NCBI GenBank assembly: GCA_025058055.1
Contig: JANXEU010000012.1
Location: 5,095 to 69,094 of the forward strand
Direction of reading: 5' to 3'
Origin: Candidatus Calditenuaceae archaeon
GTDB lineage: Archaea; Thermoproteota; Nitrososphaeria_A; Caldarchaeales; Calditenuaceae
DNA length: 64,000 nucleotides
In this document: one piece after another, positions 54,231 through 62,799 of the stretch
How positions within the stretch are numbered: the first letter of the stretch is position 1
Layout: every line of letters starts with the position of its first letter
The notes under the pieces: generated by a model
What the model was told of the DNA's origin: nothing
Database searches by the model: none
What the model saw: the letters and a program-made list of their open reading frames with translations, nothing else
Position numbers and translations under genes: made by a program

Positions 54231-56138
54231 ATGAGGGTACCGATGAGTCACATCGAACTGGCCGCGTTGGTGCGGGAGTTGGCACCCAAGCTGGTAGGTG
54301 CGAGAGTGGTCAACGTCTATTCGATGGGAGACGGAAGCTACACGTTGAAGCTCAGGACAGCCTCAAGCGTATTCGAACTGAGGTTCGTTCCAGAGTCGAT
54401 TGTATTTCTCATCGAAGGCACTTACGAGGAGCATCCGCATCCAGACGAGTTCGCGTCCTCTCTGAGATCACAACTGAAGGGGAGGACCCTGACAGACCTG
54501 CGAGCGGTTGAGGGTGAGCGCGTGATAGAGTTCGTCTTCGACTGGGGAGGGAGGCTCGTGATTCAGCTCTTCCCCGGGGGGAGGACTCTCCTGCTATCCA
54601 AGAGCGGTGAGGTCTTGCTCGCACGTCCGGCCCTTGGACCCAGTGAGAGCGTGCCAGTCTACTCTCCGAGGCGCTTCGCGCCGGAGGATCTACTCGATGG
54701 GCTCAGGTCTCTCCCCAAAGACCAGAAGCTCGGCCAAGCGATGGTCAAGTCGCTGAACGTCCCGCCGAAATACGTCAACGAGGCACTGTACAGGGCGAAG
54801 GTAAATGGCTCCGTGAGGGTGAGGGAGCTCAGCGCGTCGGATCTGGAGAGGCTGAGCGGAGCGCTTGTAGAGCTGTTCAAAGAGATAGCTTCGGCGAAGC
54901 CTGTGGTCTACAGGTCCGCAGAAGGTGTCGAGATCTCCTTGGTCAGGCTCACCCATCTCGAGGCTAGGGGCTACTCGGTTGAAGAGTTCGATAGCGTGAA
55001 CGAGGCGCTCTCCAAGTACTTCTCGGAGCACTTAGCCGTTCAGAGGGCAGTCGTCGAATCGAAAAGGCAAGAGGAGAGATTGAGGAGGATTGAAGAGGAG
55101 ATCAGAGAGAAAGAGCAGGCGTTACGTTCCGTTGAGAACGAGGCCAACGAGCTTAGGTCGCTTGCTGAGTTGGTCTTCGCCCACATGCACGACCTCGAGT
55201 CCATCAAGGTGAGTCAAGTCCGTATCGCGGAGATAGGAGATCTCTCTGTTTCCCTAGAAGGGGCAGCGCTTGTGGTCAAGAGGGGCAGCGCGTCCTTCGT
55301 TATGAGCGTGAGGGAACCAGTCTCGAAGCAGATCTCGAGGATCTACGAGAGAGTGAAAGGCCTAGAGGAGGGCGCGAGAAACCTCCGAAAGGAGGTCGAG
55401 GAGCTAAGGGCTCGGATCGAAGAGGTCAAACGGGCGGGTTTCGAGCTCTCGAGGCCGGTTGAGCCGTCGGTGCGAAGGGCGAGGCCCAAGGAGTGGTATG
55501 AGGCTTACAGATGGACGTTCACCAGTTCCGGAAGGTTGGTGGTTGCAGGGAGGGACGCGAACAGCAACGTCAGGCTCCTCAAGAGGAACCTCGAGGCCGA
55601 TGATCTGGTCTTCCACGCAGAGGTGAGAGGGTCGCCGGTCGCTCTGTTGAAGGGCGGCGGAGACGAGTCTGACGTTCTGGAGGCAGCGACCTTTTGCGCC
55701 TGCTACAGCAGGGCGTGGAAAGAGAAGCTGAGCCGCATAACAGTCTACCACGTCAAGCCCTATCAGGTTTCGTTCTCCCCTCCTCAAGGCACCTACCTGC
55801 CCCGAGGCTCTTTCATCGTCAACCCTCCGAAGAACTACCTTCAGGTTAAACTGGAGCTGACTGTCGGCATCACGAAGGACGGTAGGGCGGTCTCCGGGTG
55901 CAGGGAGTGGGTCAAGTCAGTCGCTGCGGTTTACGCGGTCTTGGTGCCTGGTGACAGCAAGGCTGCGGAGGTCGCAGCGGAAATGGTGAGGCTTGCAGAG
56001 GAGAGTGGGCTTAAGCTCGAGAGGACGTTTACCTCAGAGCTCGCCTCACTCATTCCATACGGAGTATGCGAAGTCCTCGAGGTCAAGAGCGGTGTGTTGA
56101 GGAACGAGTCGACCAGCGCGCATGATGGGAGCAACTGA
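54231..56138 (+). CDS. NFACT-family ribosome quality-control protein (RqcH/NEMF/FbpA homologue)
   Basis: NFACT-N-like N-terminus (IELAALVRELAPKLVGARVVNVY), a central coiled coil, and an NFACT-R segment DLVFHAEVRGSPVALLKG. Confidence 0.8.
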   Translation: MRVPMSHIELAALVRELAPKLVGARVVNVYSMGDGSYTLKLRTASSVFELRFVPESIVFLIEGTYEEHPHPDEFASSLRSQLKGRTLTDLRAVEGERVIEFVFDWGGRLVIQLFPGGRTLLLSKSGEVLLARPALGPSESVPVYSPRRFAPEDLLDGLRSLPKDQKLGQAMVKSLNVPPKYVNEALYRAKVNGSVRVRELSASDLERLSGALVELFKEIASAKPVVYRSAEGVEISLVRLTHLEARGYSVEEFDSVNEALSKYFSEHLAVQRAVVESKRQEERLRRIEEEIREKEQALRSVENEANELRSLAELVFAHMHDLESIKVSQVRIAEIGDLSVSLEGAALVVKRGSASFVMSVREPVSKQISRIYERVKGLEEGARNLRKEVEELRARIEEVKRAGFELSRPVEPSVRRARPKEWYEAYRWTFTSSGRLVVAGRDANSNVRLLKRNLEADDLVFHAEVRGSPVALLKGGGDESDVLEAATFCACYSRAWKEKLSRITVYHVKPYQVSFSPPQGTYLPRGSFIVNPPKNYLQVKLELTVGITKDGRAVSGCREWVKSVAAVYAVLVPGDSKAAEVAAEMVRLAEESGLKLERTFTSELASLIPYGVCEVLEVKSGVLRNESTSAHDGSN

Positions 56139-56150
56139 TGTCACCGAAAG

Positions 56151-56272
56151 GGAGCACCAGCACGCGACTTTCACGGGTGGTCTCCCACCCCACTACTCGC
56201 CGCGCGGACAGGGCTTAGCTTCCGGGTTCGGAACGAGTCCGGGCGTTCCCCCTGTCCTATGACCGGTGCTCC
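56151..56272 (-). rRNA. rrf: 5S ribosomal RNA (unlinked to 16S/23S)
   Basis: The reverse complement contains CCGAACCCGGAAGCTAAGCCC. The terminal helix GGAGCACCGG/CTGGTGCTCC is 10 bp and the gene is 122 nt. A TTAATA box lies 24-29 nt upstream. Confidence 0.85.
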
Positions 56273-56295
56273 AACAGACCACACCATCAGCTCGG

Positions 56296-56301
56296 TATTA
56301 A
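56296..56301 (-). promoter_or_regulatory. TATA box of the 5S rRNA gene
   Basis: TTAATA on the minus strand at the expected distance from the inferred 5S 5' end. Confidence 0.45.
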
Positions 56302-56331
56302 CCATGAACCCACTGGAGAGCATATTAGACC

Positions 56332-57336
56332 GTGCAGTGGAGTAGGCGCGTGAAGGTACTGCTGTTGAAGGAGGAAGACGTGAGAGCGCTGCTGACGATG
56401 CGGGAGGCGATTGAGGCTGTTGAGATGGCTTACAGAGAGAAGGGTCTGGGTAGGGTGCAGATGCCTCCCAAGTCCTACCTGTACTTTGAGGAGTTCGACG
56501 GAGACCTCAGGGTGATGCCCTCGTACCTGGAGACCATCAAGATGGCCGGCGTCAAGCTCGTCAACTCGCACCCCTTCAATCAAGAGCGGTACGGACTTCC
56601 GACGGTGATGGCCATCGTGGCGCTCTATAAGCCCGAAGACGGCAGACCGCTCGCTATCATGGGAGGCGCATGGTTAACTGCGATGAGGACAGGTGCGGGG
56701 AGCGGCGTCGCAACAAAATACCTAGCAAGGAGGGGGTCGAGGGTGGTCGCAATAGTTGGAGCCGGCACCCAGGCCAGGACCCAGCTGATGGCGATGGTCG
56801 AGGTCCTCAACGGCCTCTCTGAGGTCAGGGTTTACGACAGAAGAGTCGAGAACGCGAGGTCCTTCGCTGAATGGTCGGTTCGGGAGCTAGGTGTGTCTCC
56901 TAGGGTCTGCGAGTCTCCCCTCGACTGTGTTAAGGGCGCTGACGTCTTGTGCACGACCACGCCCTCCCGTACGCCGATCGTGATGGCCGAATGGATCAGC
57001 GCGGGTACGCACATCAACGCTATAGGAGCTGATGCGCCTGGGAAGCAGGAGCTCGATCCCAGAATCCTCAAGTCGGCTACCATCTTCGTAGACGATCTAG
57101 AACAGGCGGTACATAGCGGAGAGGTCAACGTCCCCATCAAGCATGGCCTCCTAAGAGTCGAGGACATAAGAGGCGAGATAGGTGAGGTAGTTGCGGGCAA
57201 GAAGCCTAGCCGTATCGACGAGAACGAAGTGACGGTCTACGACTCGACAGGTCTCGCGATACTCGACCTAGCGACCGGGGAGCTGGTGTACAGGAAGGCA
57301 GTCAAGGAGGGGGTTGGGACTTGGGTAGAACTCTGA
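56332..57336 (+). CDS. ornithine cyclodeaminase/mu-crystallin family (archaeal alanine dehydrogenase-like)
   Basis: LLKEEDVRALLTMREAIEAVEMAY N-terminus and Rossmann motif VAIVGAGTQA. An alternative GTG start lies at 56350. Confidence 0.8.
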   Translation: MQWSRRVKVLLLKEEDVRALLTMREAIEAVEMAYREKGLGRVQMPPKSYLYFEEFDGDLRVMPSYLETIKMAGVKLVNSHPFNQERYGLPTVMAIVALYKPEDGRPLAIMGGAWLTAMRTGAGSGVATKYLARRGSRVVAIVGAGTQARTQLMAMVEVLNGLSEVRVYDRRVENARSFAEWSVRELGVSPRVCESPLDCVKGADVLCTTTPSRTPIVMAEWISAGTHINAIGADAPGKQELDPRILKSATIFVDDLEQAVHSGEVNVPIKHGLLRVEDIRGEIGEVVAGKKPSRIDENEVTVYDSTGLAILDLATGELVYRKAVKEGVGTWVEL

Positions 57337-57339
57337 CCT

Positions 57340-57759
57340 TCAAGAGGGCTTCTCTTTCTCCCTCAAGGACTGCTGTAGCTCAAGGCCCTTCTTGAGGACA
57401 GAGATGAGGGCATCGATAGTCTCCGCTATGCGTTCGATCTCCTCTGGGTCACCGGTCCTGGCGAGTAATTTGGTCAGCTCATCGATCTTCGCGACCGTCA
57501 CCTCCTCCAACGTGCTGAGGATATAGGGGTAGATGGCTCTACCAGCCTCGGTCTCATCTCTGACTATAACCACGGGCTTGTCGCAGATCGCGCACATCAC
57601 TTGGCCCTTGACCTCGACCAGCGGGCTTCCGCACTCCGGGCAGCTCTCAGTCCTGAGCTTCGCACCCGACTTGAGGGCAGCAGCGAGTCTCTTAACCTTC
57701 TCTTGGTTTCTCGATCGTTCCATCGCCTCAAAGAGGTGGACTCCGCGGTCAAAAAGCAT
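57340..57759 (-). CDS. zinc-ribbon protein (autoantigen p27/UPF0148-like)
   Basis: CPECGSPLVEVKGQVMCAICDKP zinc ribbon flanked by helical regions. Confidence 0.5.
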   Translation of the reverse strand: MLFDRGVHLFEAMERSRNQEKVKRLAAALKSGAKLRTESCPECGSPLVEVKGQVMCAICDKPVVIVRDETEAGRAIYPYILSTLEEVTVAKIDELTKLLARTGDPEEIERIAETIDALISVLKKGLELQQSLREKEKPS

Positions 57760-57816
57760 TACCCTCTCCGTGATGTTCTCGGGAAATCGTTATGAGCGGA
57801 ACTCCTTGCAATCGCT

Positions 57817-58455
57817 GTGATGGGATGGGAGGTTCTGATCCCCACGGTGGTCGTCCTTTCCGCTAGCGGCGTTCTCTCCCCCGGCCCTCTCACGATAGTA
57901 TCGATCTCCTCGGGTGCGAGATACGGGAAGCTTGCAGGCGTCCTCGTTTCCACAGGGCACATGCTCGTCGAGTTTCCACTCGTCATCGCGATCGCTGCTG
58001 GACTTACAAGCGTGCTTCAGGACAAATGGGCTCAGACGGTGATCGGAGGGCTCGGCGGAGCTGCGGTGATCGGATTCGGTCTGGTGGGGATCGCTCAGTC
58101 TCTGAGGGGCAAGGACGTCGGTAATCCCGGGATGGGGGCCGTCAGGATCAAGGGCGGCCCTTTGATCGCTGGCCTCCTCTTCACAGGCCTCAATCCCTTC
58201 TTCATCACCTGGTGGATGACCGTGGGAATGGCTCTGATTGCAGACGCTTTAGCGCTTGCGTCGGTCGCGGGAGTCTTCATCATGTACGCCTCTCACATCT
58301 GGATGGACTTCGCCTGGTTGACGTTCCTCAGCGTAGCGTCGGACAGGGCGTTGGGACTTCTAGGTTCTAAGGCTATCAAGTACACGGAGCTAGCGTTGAG
58401 TTCGGTCCTCTTGGGGATGGGCGTCTATCTCCTGTTTAGAGTAATTCAGCTCTGA
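57817..58455 (+). CDS. LysE/RhtB-family amino-acid exporter
   Basis: About 6 TM helices in 212 aa, with an N-terminal SPGPL motif. Confidence 0.65.
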   Translation: MMGWEVLIPTVVVLSASGVLSPGPLTIVSISSGARYGKLAGVLVSTGHMLVEFPLVIAIAAGLTSVLQDKWAQTVIGGLGGAAVIGFGLVGIAQSLRGKDVGNPGMGAVRIKGGPLIAGLLFTGLNPFFITWWMTVGMALIADALALASVAGVFIMYASHIWMDFAWLTFLSVASDRALGLLGSKAIKYTELALSSVLLGMGVYLLFRVIQL

Positions 58456-58499
58456 TCCCAACGCTCGTCCTCCGGTTAGCCATAATAAGGCACGCTACC

Positions 58500-59684
58500 T
58501 TGTTCATTCGAATGGCGGAGGAGGGGGGCGCGAGGAGGACGCTGATACTGGTGATCGATGAGGACAACGACATAGGCAGGAAGACGAATTGGGACACTCC
58601 AATCGTCGGAAGGGACAGAAACTTCCTCGCGGCCAAGGACCTTCTCCTCGCAGACCCTGAGGAAGCGGATGCGAACGCAATGTTCGCGGCGATCAAGTTA
58701 TACGACGACCTCTCGAGAAAGGGCGAAAGCGCAGTCGAGATGGCTACCGTGACAGGCAGACCCGGCGGTGGACTAGAATCGGACAGGAAGCTGTCGCAGG
58801 AAATAGAGAAGGTGCTCGCGGAGTTCCCAGCTGACGAGGGAATAGTAGTCACAGATGGCCCCCTCTCTGAGTCGGTTAGCGCGATAATCACGTCGAGGAT
58901 CAAGGTAGTCTCGGTGAGGAAACTTGTCGTTAAGCAGAGCACGTCGATAGAAACGACTTGGATTCTTCTCGGGAAGTACCTGAGAACAGCGCTCTTCGAG
59001 TCAGAGTACGCAAGGGTGCTCCTCGGCATTCCGGGAACCTTCCTGTTAGCGATCGGTGTCCTATTCTACTACAATCTGCTTACGCCCGCCACGCTCCTCA
59101 TACTCATCGGCTTAGCGTTTGCCTTCAGAGGTTTTGGAATCGACGCGGCGATCGCGTCCTACTTCAGGAAGCTCCAGACGATCCCCGCACGCCCGGCGCT
59201 CTATCAGGTGAGGGTCTACGTCGGTTTCTCATCAGCGATATTATTCGTCGTGGCGTTAGTCGCAGGGATCAACAGCGTCAGCTCCTACATCGCTCAGAAC
59301 TTCCCTCCGCAATCGACAAACATACAAGACCCAGTTTTCTGGGCCCAAAGGACGCCTCTGTTGGCAGGCCTGATGCTACTGAGCTCGATCGATCTCGTCA
59401 TCATCTCGGCCTCTATATCGTTGCTCTACGACCTCTTCTATCAGCTCTACGTTAGGAGCGCTCGCGTCGTCAGGTCTGCTCAAGCTCTAGTCCTCATGGT
59501 CTTCCTCTGGGCTCTGATGAGAGCGTTGGGCAGCTACCTCGTGATGGGACAGGAGATCTACATCACTCAGATGATCCTGATCGCGATAATGGGGATTGCT
59601 TCGTTGGCTACCATGTACATCCTGCTCTCAGCCATAGGGCTCGGTTTCTTACGTCGTAGGAGGGTGGCAGGTGAGTCCGAGTGA
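58500..59684 (+). CDS. archaeal membrane protein (DUF373-like): soluble N-domain plus polytopic C-domain
   Basis: The N-terminal roughly 170 aa are soluble (LILVIDEDNDIGRKT) and are followed by about 6 TM helices. Family name is recalled only. Confidence 0.45.
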   Translation: MFIRMAEEGGARRTLILVIDEDNDIGRKTNWDTPIVGRDRNFLAAKDLLLADPEEADANAMFAAIKLYDDLSRKGESAVEMATVTGRPGGGLESDRKLSQEIEKVLAEFPADEGIVVTDGPLSESVSAIITSRIKVVSVRKLVVKQSTSIETTWILLGKYLRTALFESEYARVLLGIPGTFLLAIGVLFYYNLLTPATLLILIGLAFAFRGFGIDAAIASYFRKLQTIPARPALYQVRVYVGFSSAILFVVALVAGINSVSSYIAQNFPPQSTNIQDPVFWAQRTPLLAGLMLLSSIDLVIISASISLLYDLFYQLYVRSARVVRSAQALVLMVFLWALMRALGSYLVMGQEIYITQMILIAIMGIASLATMYILLSAIGLGFLRRRRVAGESE

Positions 59685-60466
59685 TGCGATATCTCATGAA
59701 GGCCTTCGGCGTCTATGCGCTATACGAGGCCCTGCTACGGAGGAGTGTGAGCAGGGATGAGGCACCGAAGCACATAGCCGTAATCCTCGATGGTAACAGA
59801 AGGTGGGCGAGGCAGAACGGTCTCTCAATTGAGGAGGGATATCGGATGGGGGCTAGGCGGGTCGAAGAGCTTCTCAGGTGGTGTCTTGACCTAGGAGTGA
59901 ACACGGTAACGCTATACGTGCTCTCTCTGGAGAACATGATCAGGCGGCCTAAGGAGGAGGTCGAGACCGTCTACAAGGTTCTCGTGGAGTCGACCGAGCG
60001 GTTCCTGAGGGACGAGGAGGTGAGGGCGAGGGGCGTAAGGGTTAAGGTGATCGGGAGGAAGTGGGTCCTGCCTGCAGAGGTAGCGAGCGCCTTAGAGCGT
60101 CTTGAGCGTGAGACCTCGCAGAACAACAATCACTTCCTAATTCTAGCTGTGGCTTACGGAGGAAGGGACGAGATCATCCAAGCGGTTAAACGCGTCGCTA
60201 TTGACGTCGGACGGGGAGAGCTTTCGCTTGGTGACGTCAACGAACACGTCTTCAGCAGGTACCTTTACACGGGCGAACTTCCCTTCCCTGAACCTGATCT
60301 AGTGATAAGGACCTCCGGCGAGGAGCGGATCAGCAACTTCCTCCTATGGCAGATAGCGTACAGCGAGCTGATCTTTCTGGACGTCTACTGGCCCGAGTTC
60401 AGGCGCATCGATCTCTTGAGAGCCATCAGGACCTATCAAGCTAGAAGCAGGAGGTTCGGGTCCTAG
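59681..60466 (+). CDS. uppS: cis-prenyltransferase (undecaprenyl diphosphate synthase family)
   Basis: HIAVILDGNRRWAR, RTSGEERISNFLLWQ and other UppS motifs. Confidence 0.9.
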   Translation: MMRYLMKAFGVYALYEALLRRSVSRDEAPKHIAVILDGNRRWARQNGLSIEEGYRMGARRVEELLRWCLDLGVNTVTLYVLSLENMIRRPKEEVETVYKVLVESTERFLRDEEVRARGVRVKVIGRKWVLPAEVASALERLERETSQNNNHFLILAVAYGGRDEIIQAVKRVAIDVGRGELSLGDVNEHVFSRYLYTGELPFPEPDLVIRTSGEERISNFLLWQIAYSELIFLDVYWPEFRRIDLLRAIRTYQARSRRFGS

Positions 60467-61557
60467 GTGATGATGTACTCTGAGTAATTGAACTTGGTCA
60501 ACCTTTCGGGGCCCCTTTCCGTGACGAGCAGGGTGTCCTCAACCCTTATCCCCCATCGGTCCTTGATGTAAACTCCGGGCTCGCAGGTGAGTACCATGTT
60601 CGCTGCCAGCTTCTCCGAACTAGTCGGTGACATCCTCGGCGGTTCGTGAATGTCCAGACCAACTCCGTGGCCGAGGCTGTGCATGAAGTACTCGGAGAGA
60701 GCGTGCTCAGCGAGTTTGTTGCGCGCCACCGCATCCGGATATCCGCAGAGTGTCTCCGGTTTGATGTATTGTTCGGCCGCGTCCTTCGCAGCCACAACCG
60801 CCTCATACGCAGACGCGAACTGCGTGTCAGGCCTACCTATGAAGAAGGTTCTCGTGACGTCGGAGTGGTAGCCCTCTACCACCGCACCGAGATCTATCAT
60901 CACGGCATCGCCCTCCCTGAGAGGTATGTCGCGTTCTTCTGCCCTTTGAAGCGGCCCGTGAGGCAGCGCGGTTCTAGGGCCTGAAGCCACGATCACGTCG
61001 AACGCCAACCTTTCGCCGCCCGATCTGTAGATCTCGCTCACTATCTCTGCCTTGATCTCGTTCTCCGTGATGCCTGGGTATAGGATCTCGTAGGCGCTAC
61101 GCATCGCCCTGTCGGCGACCTCGCAAGCCCTCCTGATCGCACCGACCTCGTACTCGTCTTTCAGTTCCCGCAACTCCCAAATTATTCCCATCCCTGGCCT
61201 CAGTTCGGTAGACGCCAGAAGCCCTGAGACGAACCTGTAGTCCTCTAGCGACATCTCGTCAACGGCCGTGACACCGCCGATGCTCCCTATGGACTCCGCA
61301 ACTACGACGTTGAAGCGTTCATCCATCTTGGTCGTAACTACCTCGAGGAAGTCCGGTGCGTAAGTTTCCGCTGCGTGTCTGGAGAGCGGTGGAACGAAGA
61401 GCGTGTTGTTGTTCTTCTTGGTTGAGACGAGGAGGGCCGCAGGCCCATCGATGCCGACGAAGTACATGAGATCGGATTTCCCGGTGATCAGGAAGTTGTC
61501 GATTCCGTGGAGCCTCATTAAGGTCAGTAGCTTCTCTACCCGTTCTTTATGCCTCAC
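60463..61557 (-). CDS. M24-family Xaa-Pro aminopeptidase/dipeptidase
   Basis: HSLGHGVGLDIHEPP, with EPG and E metal ligands in a pita-bread-fold pattern. Confidence 0.85.
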   Translation of the reverse strand: MRHKERVEKLLTLMRLHGIDNFLITGKSDLMYFVGIDGPAALLVSTKKNNNTLFVPPLSRHAAETYAPDFLEVVTTKMDERFNVVVAESIGSIGGVTAVDEMSLEDYRFVSGLLASTELRPGMGIIWELRELKDEYEVGAIRRACEVADRAMRSAYEILYPGITENEIKAEIVSEIYRSGGERLAFDVIVASGPRTALPHGPLQRAEERDIPLREGDAVMIDLGAVVEGYHSDVTRTFFIGRPDTQFASAYEAVVAAKDAAEQYIKPETLCGYPDAVARNKLAEHALSEYFMHSLGHGVGLDIHEPPRMSPTSSEKLAANMVLTCEPGVYIKDRWGIRVEDTLLVTERGPERLTKFNYSEYIIT

Positions 61558-61692
61558 ATTCTCGAGACCTCCCGAGGGTGCATTAAAGTCCTTCGGGCGC
61601 CGTTCCTAGGTCGATCGTTCAGACCTTCCCCGTCATTTCGTGGTTCACCATCACACAACCTATAAATCGCCCAGGAGCACAGTAACAGAGAA

Positions 61693-61823
61693 GCGGGGGT
61701 AGCCAAGCGGCTAAAGAGGTAATAAAGCCTTAGAGGCGGCGGGCTTAAGATCTTCATGAGCGACCCGCTCCCCGTAGGCCAGAAGACGGAGGGGGTTCGT
61801 GGGTTCGAATCCCACCCCCCGCA
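61693..61823 (+). tRNA. tRNA-Leu(UAA) apparently interrupted by three introns (D arm 19 nt, anticodon loop 13 nt, variable arm 14 nt)
   Basis: Acceptor GCGGGGG/CCCCCGC and T arm GTGGG-TTCGAAT-CCCAC. An 85-nt class II tRNA results only if about 61716-61734, 61750-61762 and 61778-61791 are removed. TATAAA lies 27-32 nt upstream. Confidence 0.7.
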
Positions 61824-61873
61824 GACGTATCCCAGAGATTCTATGTGTTTTTGGTGTGGATCAATGGTGTTGT

Positions 61874-62143
61874 ATGATTTTTATCAAATCAAAGGATTCT
61901 TTACCTTTGGCTGGAACGGTTTCGGGTGTTTCTCCGGTCAGCGGCAAGGGGCAGGTGACGATTCCGAAGGAGATACAGGATTTTTTAGGCGTCGGGCCCG
62001 GCGACCGAATGGTCTTCGTCGTTGAGGACGGTAAGTTTGTCTTGTTCAAGGACGGCGTAGTCAAGGTTTCGAAGCCGCTTCGTCGTCAGAAGCCATGGCC
62101 CGATGGTCCTCTTGAGTTTCAGCGGAAACTCCGCAGTGAGTGA
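61874..62143 (+). CDS. vapB: AbrB/SpoVT-fold antitoxin (VapB-like)
   Basis: GKGQVTIPKEIQDFLGVGPGDRMVFVVEDG swapped-hairpin motif. Start moved to an internal ATG because the listed ORF start overlaps the tRNA. GTGA overlap with the PIN gene. Confidence 0.6.
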   Translation: MIFIKSKDSLPLAGTVSGVSPVSGKGQVTIPKEIQDFLGVGPGDRMVFVVEDGKFVLFKDGVVKVSKPLRRQKPWPDGPLEFQRKLRSE

Positions 62144-62564
62144 GTGTGAAAATAATATTCGACACCAACTTGTATGTCGCGGCCAAGAACAGAGACGACC
62201 ACCGTCATTCAGAGGCCCTCACGTTGATAGAGCACATCGATGATGGCGGGCTCCGACTTGTTGTTCCGACCCTTGTCATCGCTGAGCTCTGCACAGGATA
62301 CCATCAAATGGGTGATGCCGAAGGAGCTGATGAGCTGCTAACGGGTTTCATCACATCGCCCAGCTATGAAATAGCGCCCCTCGACCATAAGACCGCGGGT
62401 GAAGCAGGCAGGCTGAAAGCCGAGCTAGGGCTCAAACTTTCCGACGTGATAATTGTCGCCACAGCTTTAACTAAAACGCAATAGTGACTTACGATGCTGA
62501 GATGGCTAAATTGGTGCCGTATGTGAGGGGCGTTGAGCCGTCTAAAGTTAGATTGCGTCGATAG
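62140..62564 (+). pseudogene. vapC: PIN-domain toxin (VapC-like) interrupted by a frameshift
   Basis: IIFDTNLYV N-terminus. The ORF stops at 62484, while the expected C-terminal PIN segment (NAIVTYDAEMAKLVPYV) continues in the -1 frame from the A-run at 62473-62476 to a stop at 62564. Confidence 0.55.
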
Positions 62565-62669
62565 CGAAAATTTTCATCCGGCAACCAGCGGTCGTGGAAT
62601 TGCCTTTAACGGATCTCTCTAAACCGGATAGTTGCAACGTCATCAAGTTCGAGAGTTGCTTCTGAAGGA

Positions 62670-62698
62670 GTTCGTGGGTTCGAATCCAATCACCCGTA
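62670..62698 (+). repeat. degenerate copy of the tRNA-Leu 3' end (att-like)
   Basis: GTTCGTGGGTTCGAATCC (18 nt) is identical to 61795-61812, and the following 11 nt match 7/11. The T-stem pairing is destroyed, so this is not a functional tRNA. Confidence 0.55.
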
Positions 62699-62799
62699 GT
62701 TTTTCTGGTCGTTTGATGTGGGTTTTGTTCAATTGAGTCATCTTTGTTTGCTATGAACCAGTTAATGATTATATACGATTGGGGATGAGTGATTGAAAT

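Noticed and set aside
58436-59029. 197-aa minus-strand ORF
   Set aside because: It is antisense to the N-terminal domain of the DUF373-like membrane protein, and its Ser-rich low-complexity product is unconvincing.
61756-61873. N-terminal extensions of ORFs 61756-62025 and 61799-62143 running through tRNA-Leu
   Set aside because: They overlap the tRNA gene. The AbrB-like domain begins downstream, so the start was moved to the ATG at 61874.
62565-62699. Second complete tRNA gene upstream of the low-GC region
   Set aside because: Only the T-loop region matches a tRNA. The T-stem 3' strand (CCAAT) cannot pair with GTGGG, and no complementary 5' acceptor strand is found upstream. It is called a remnant or att-like repeat instead.
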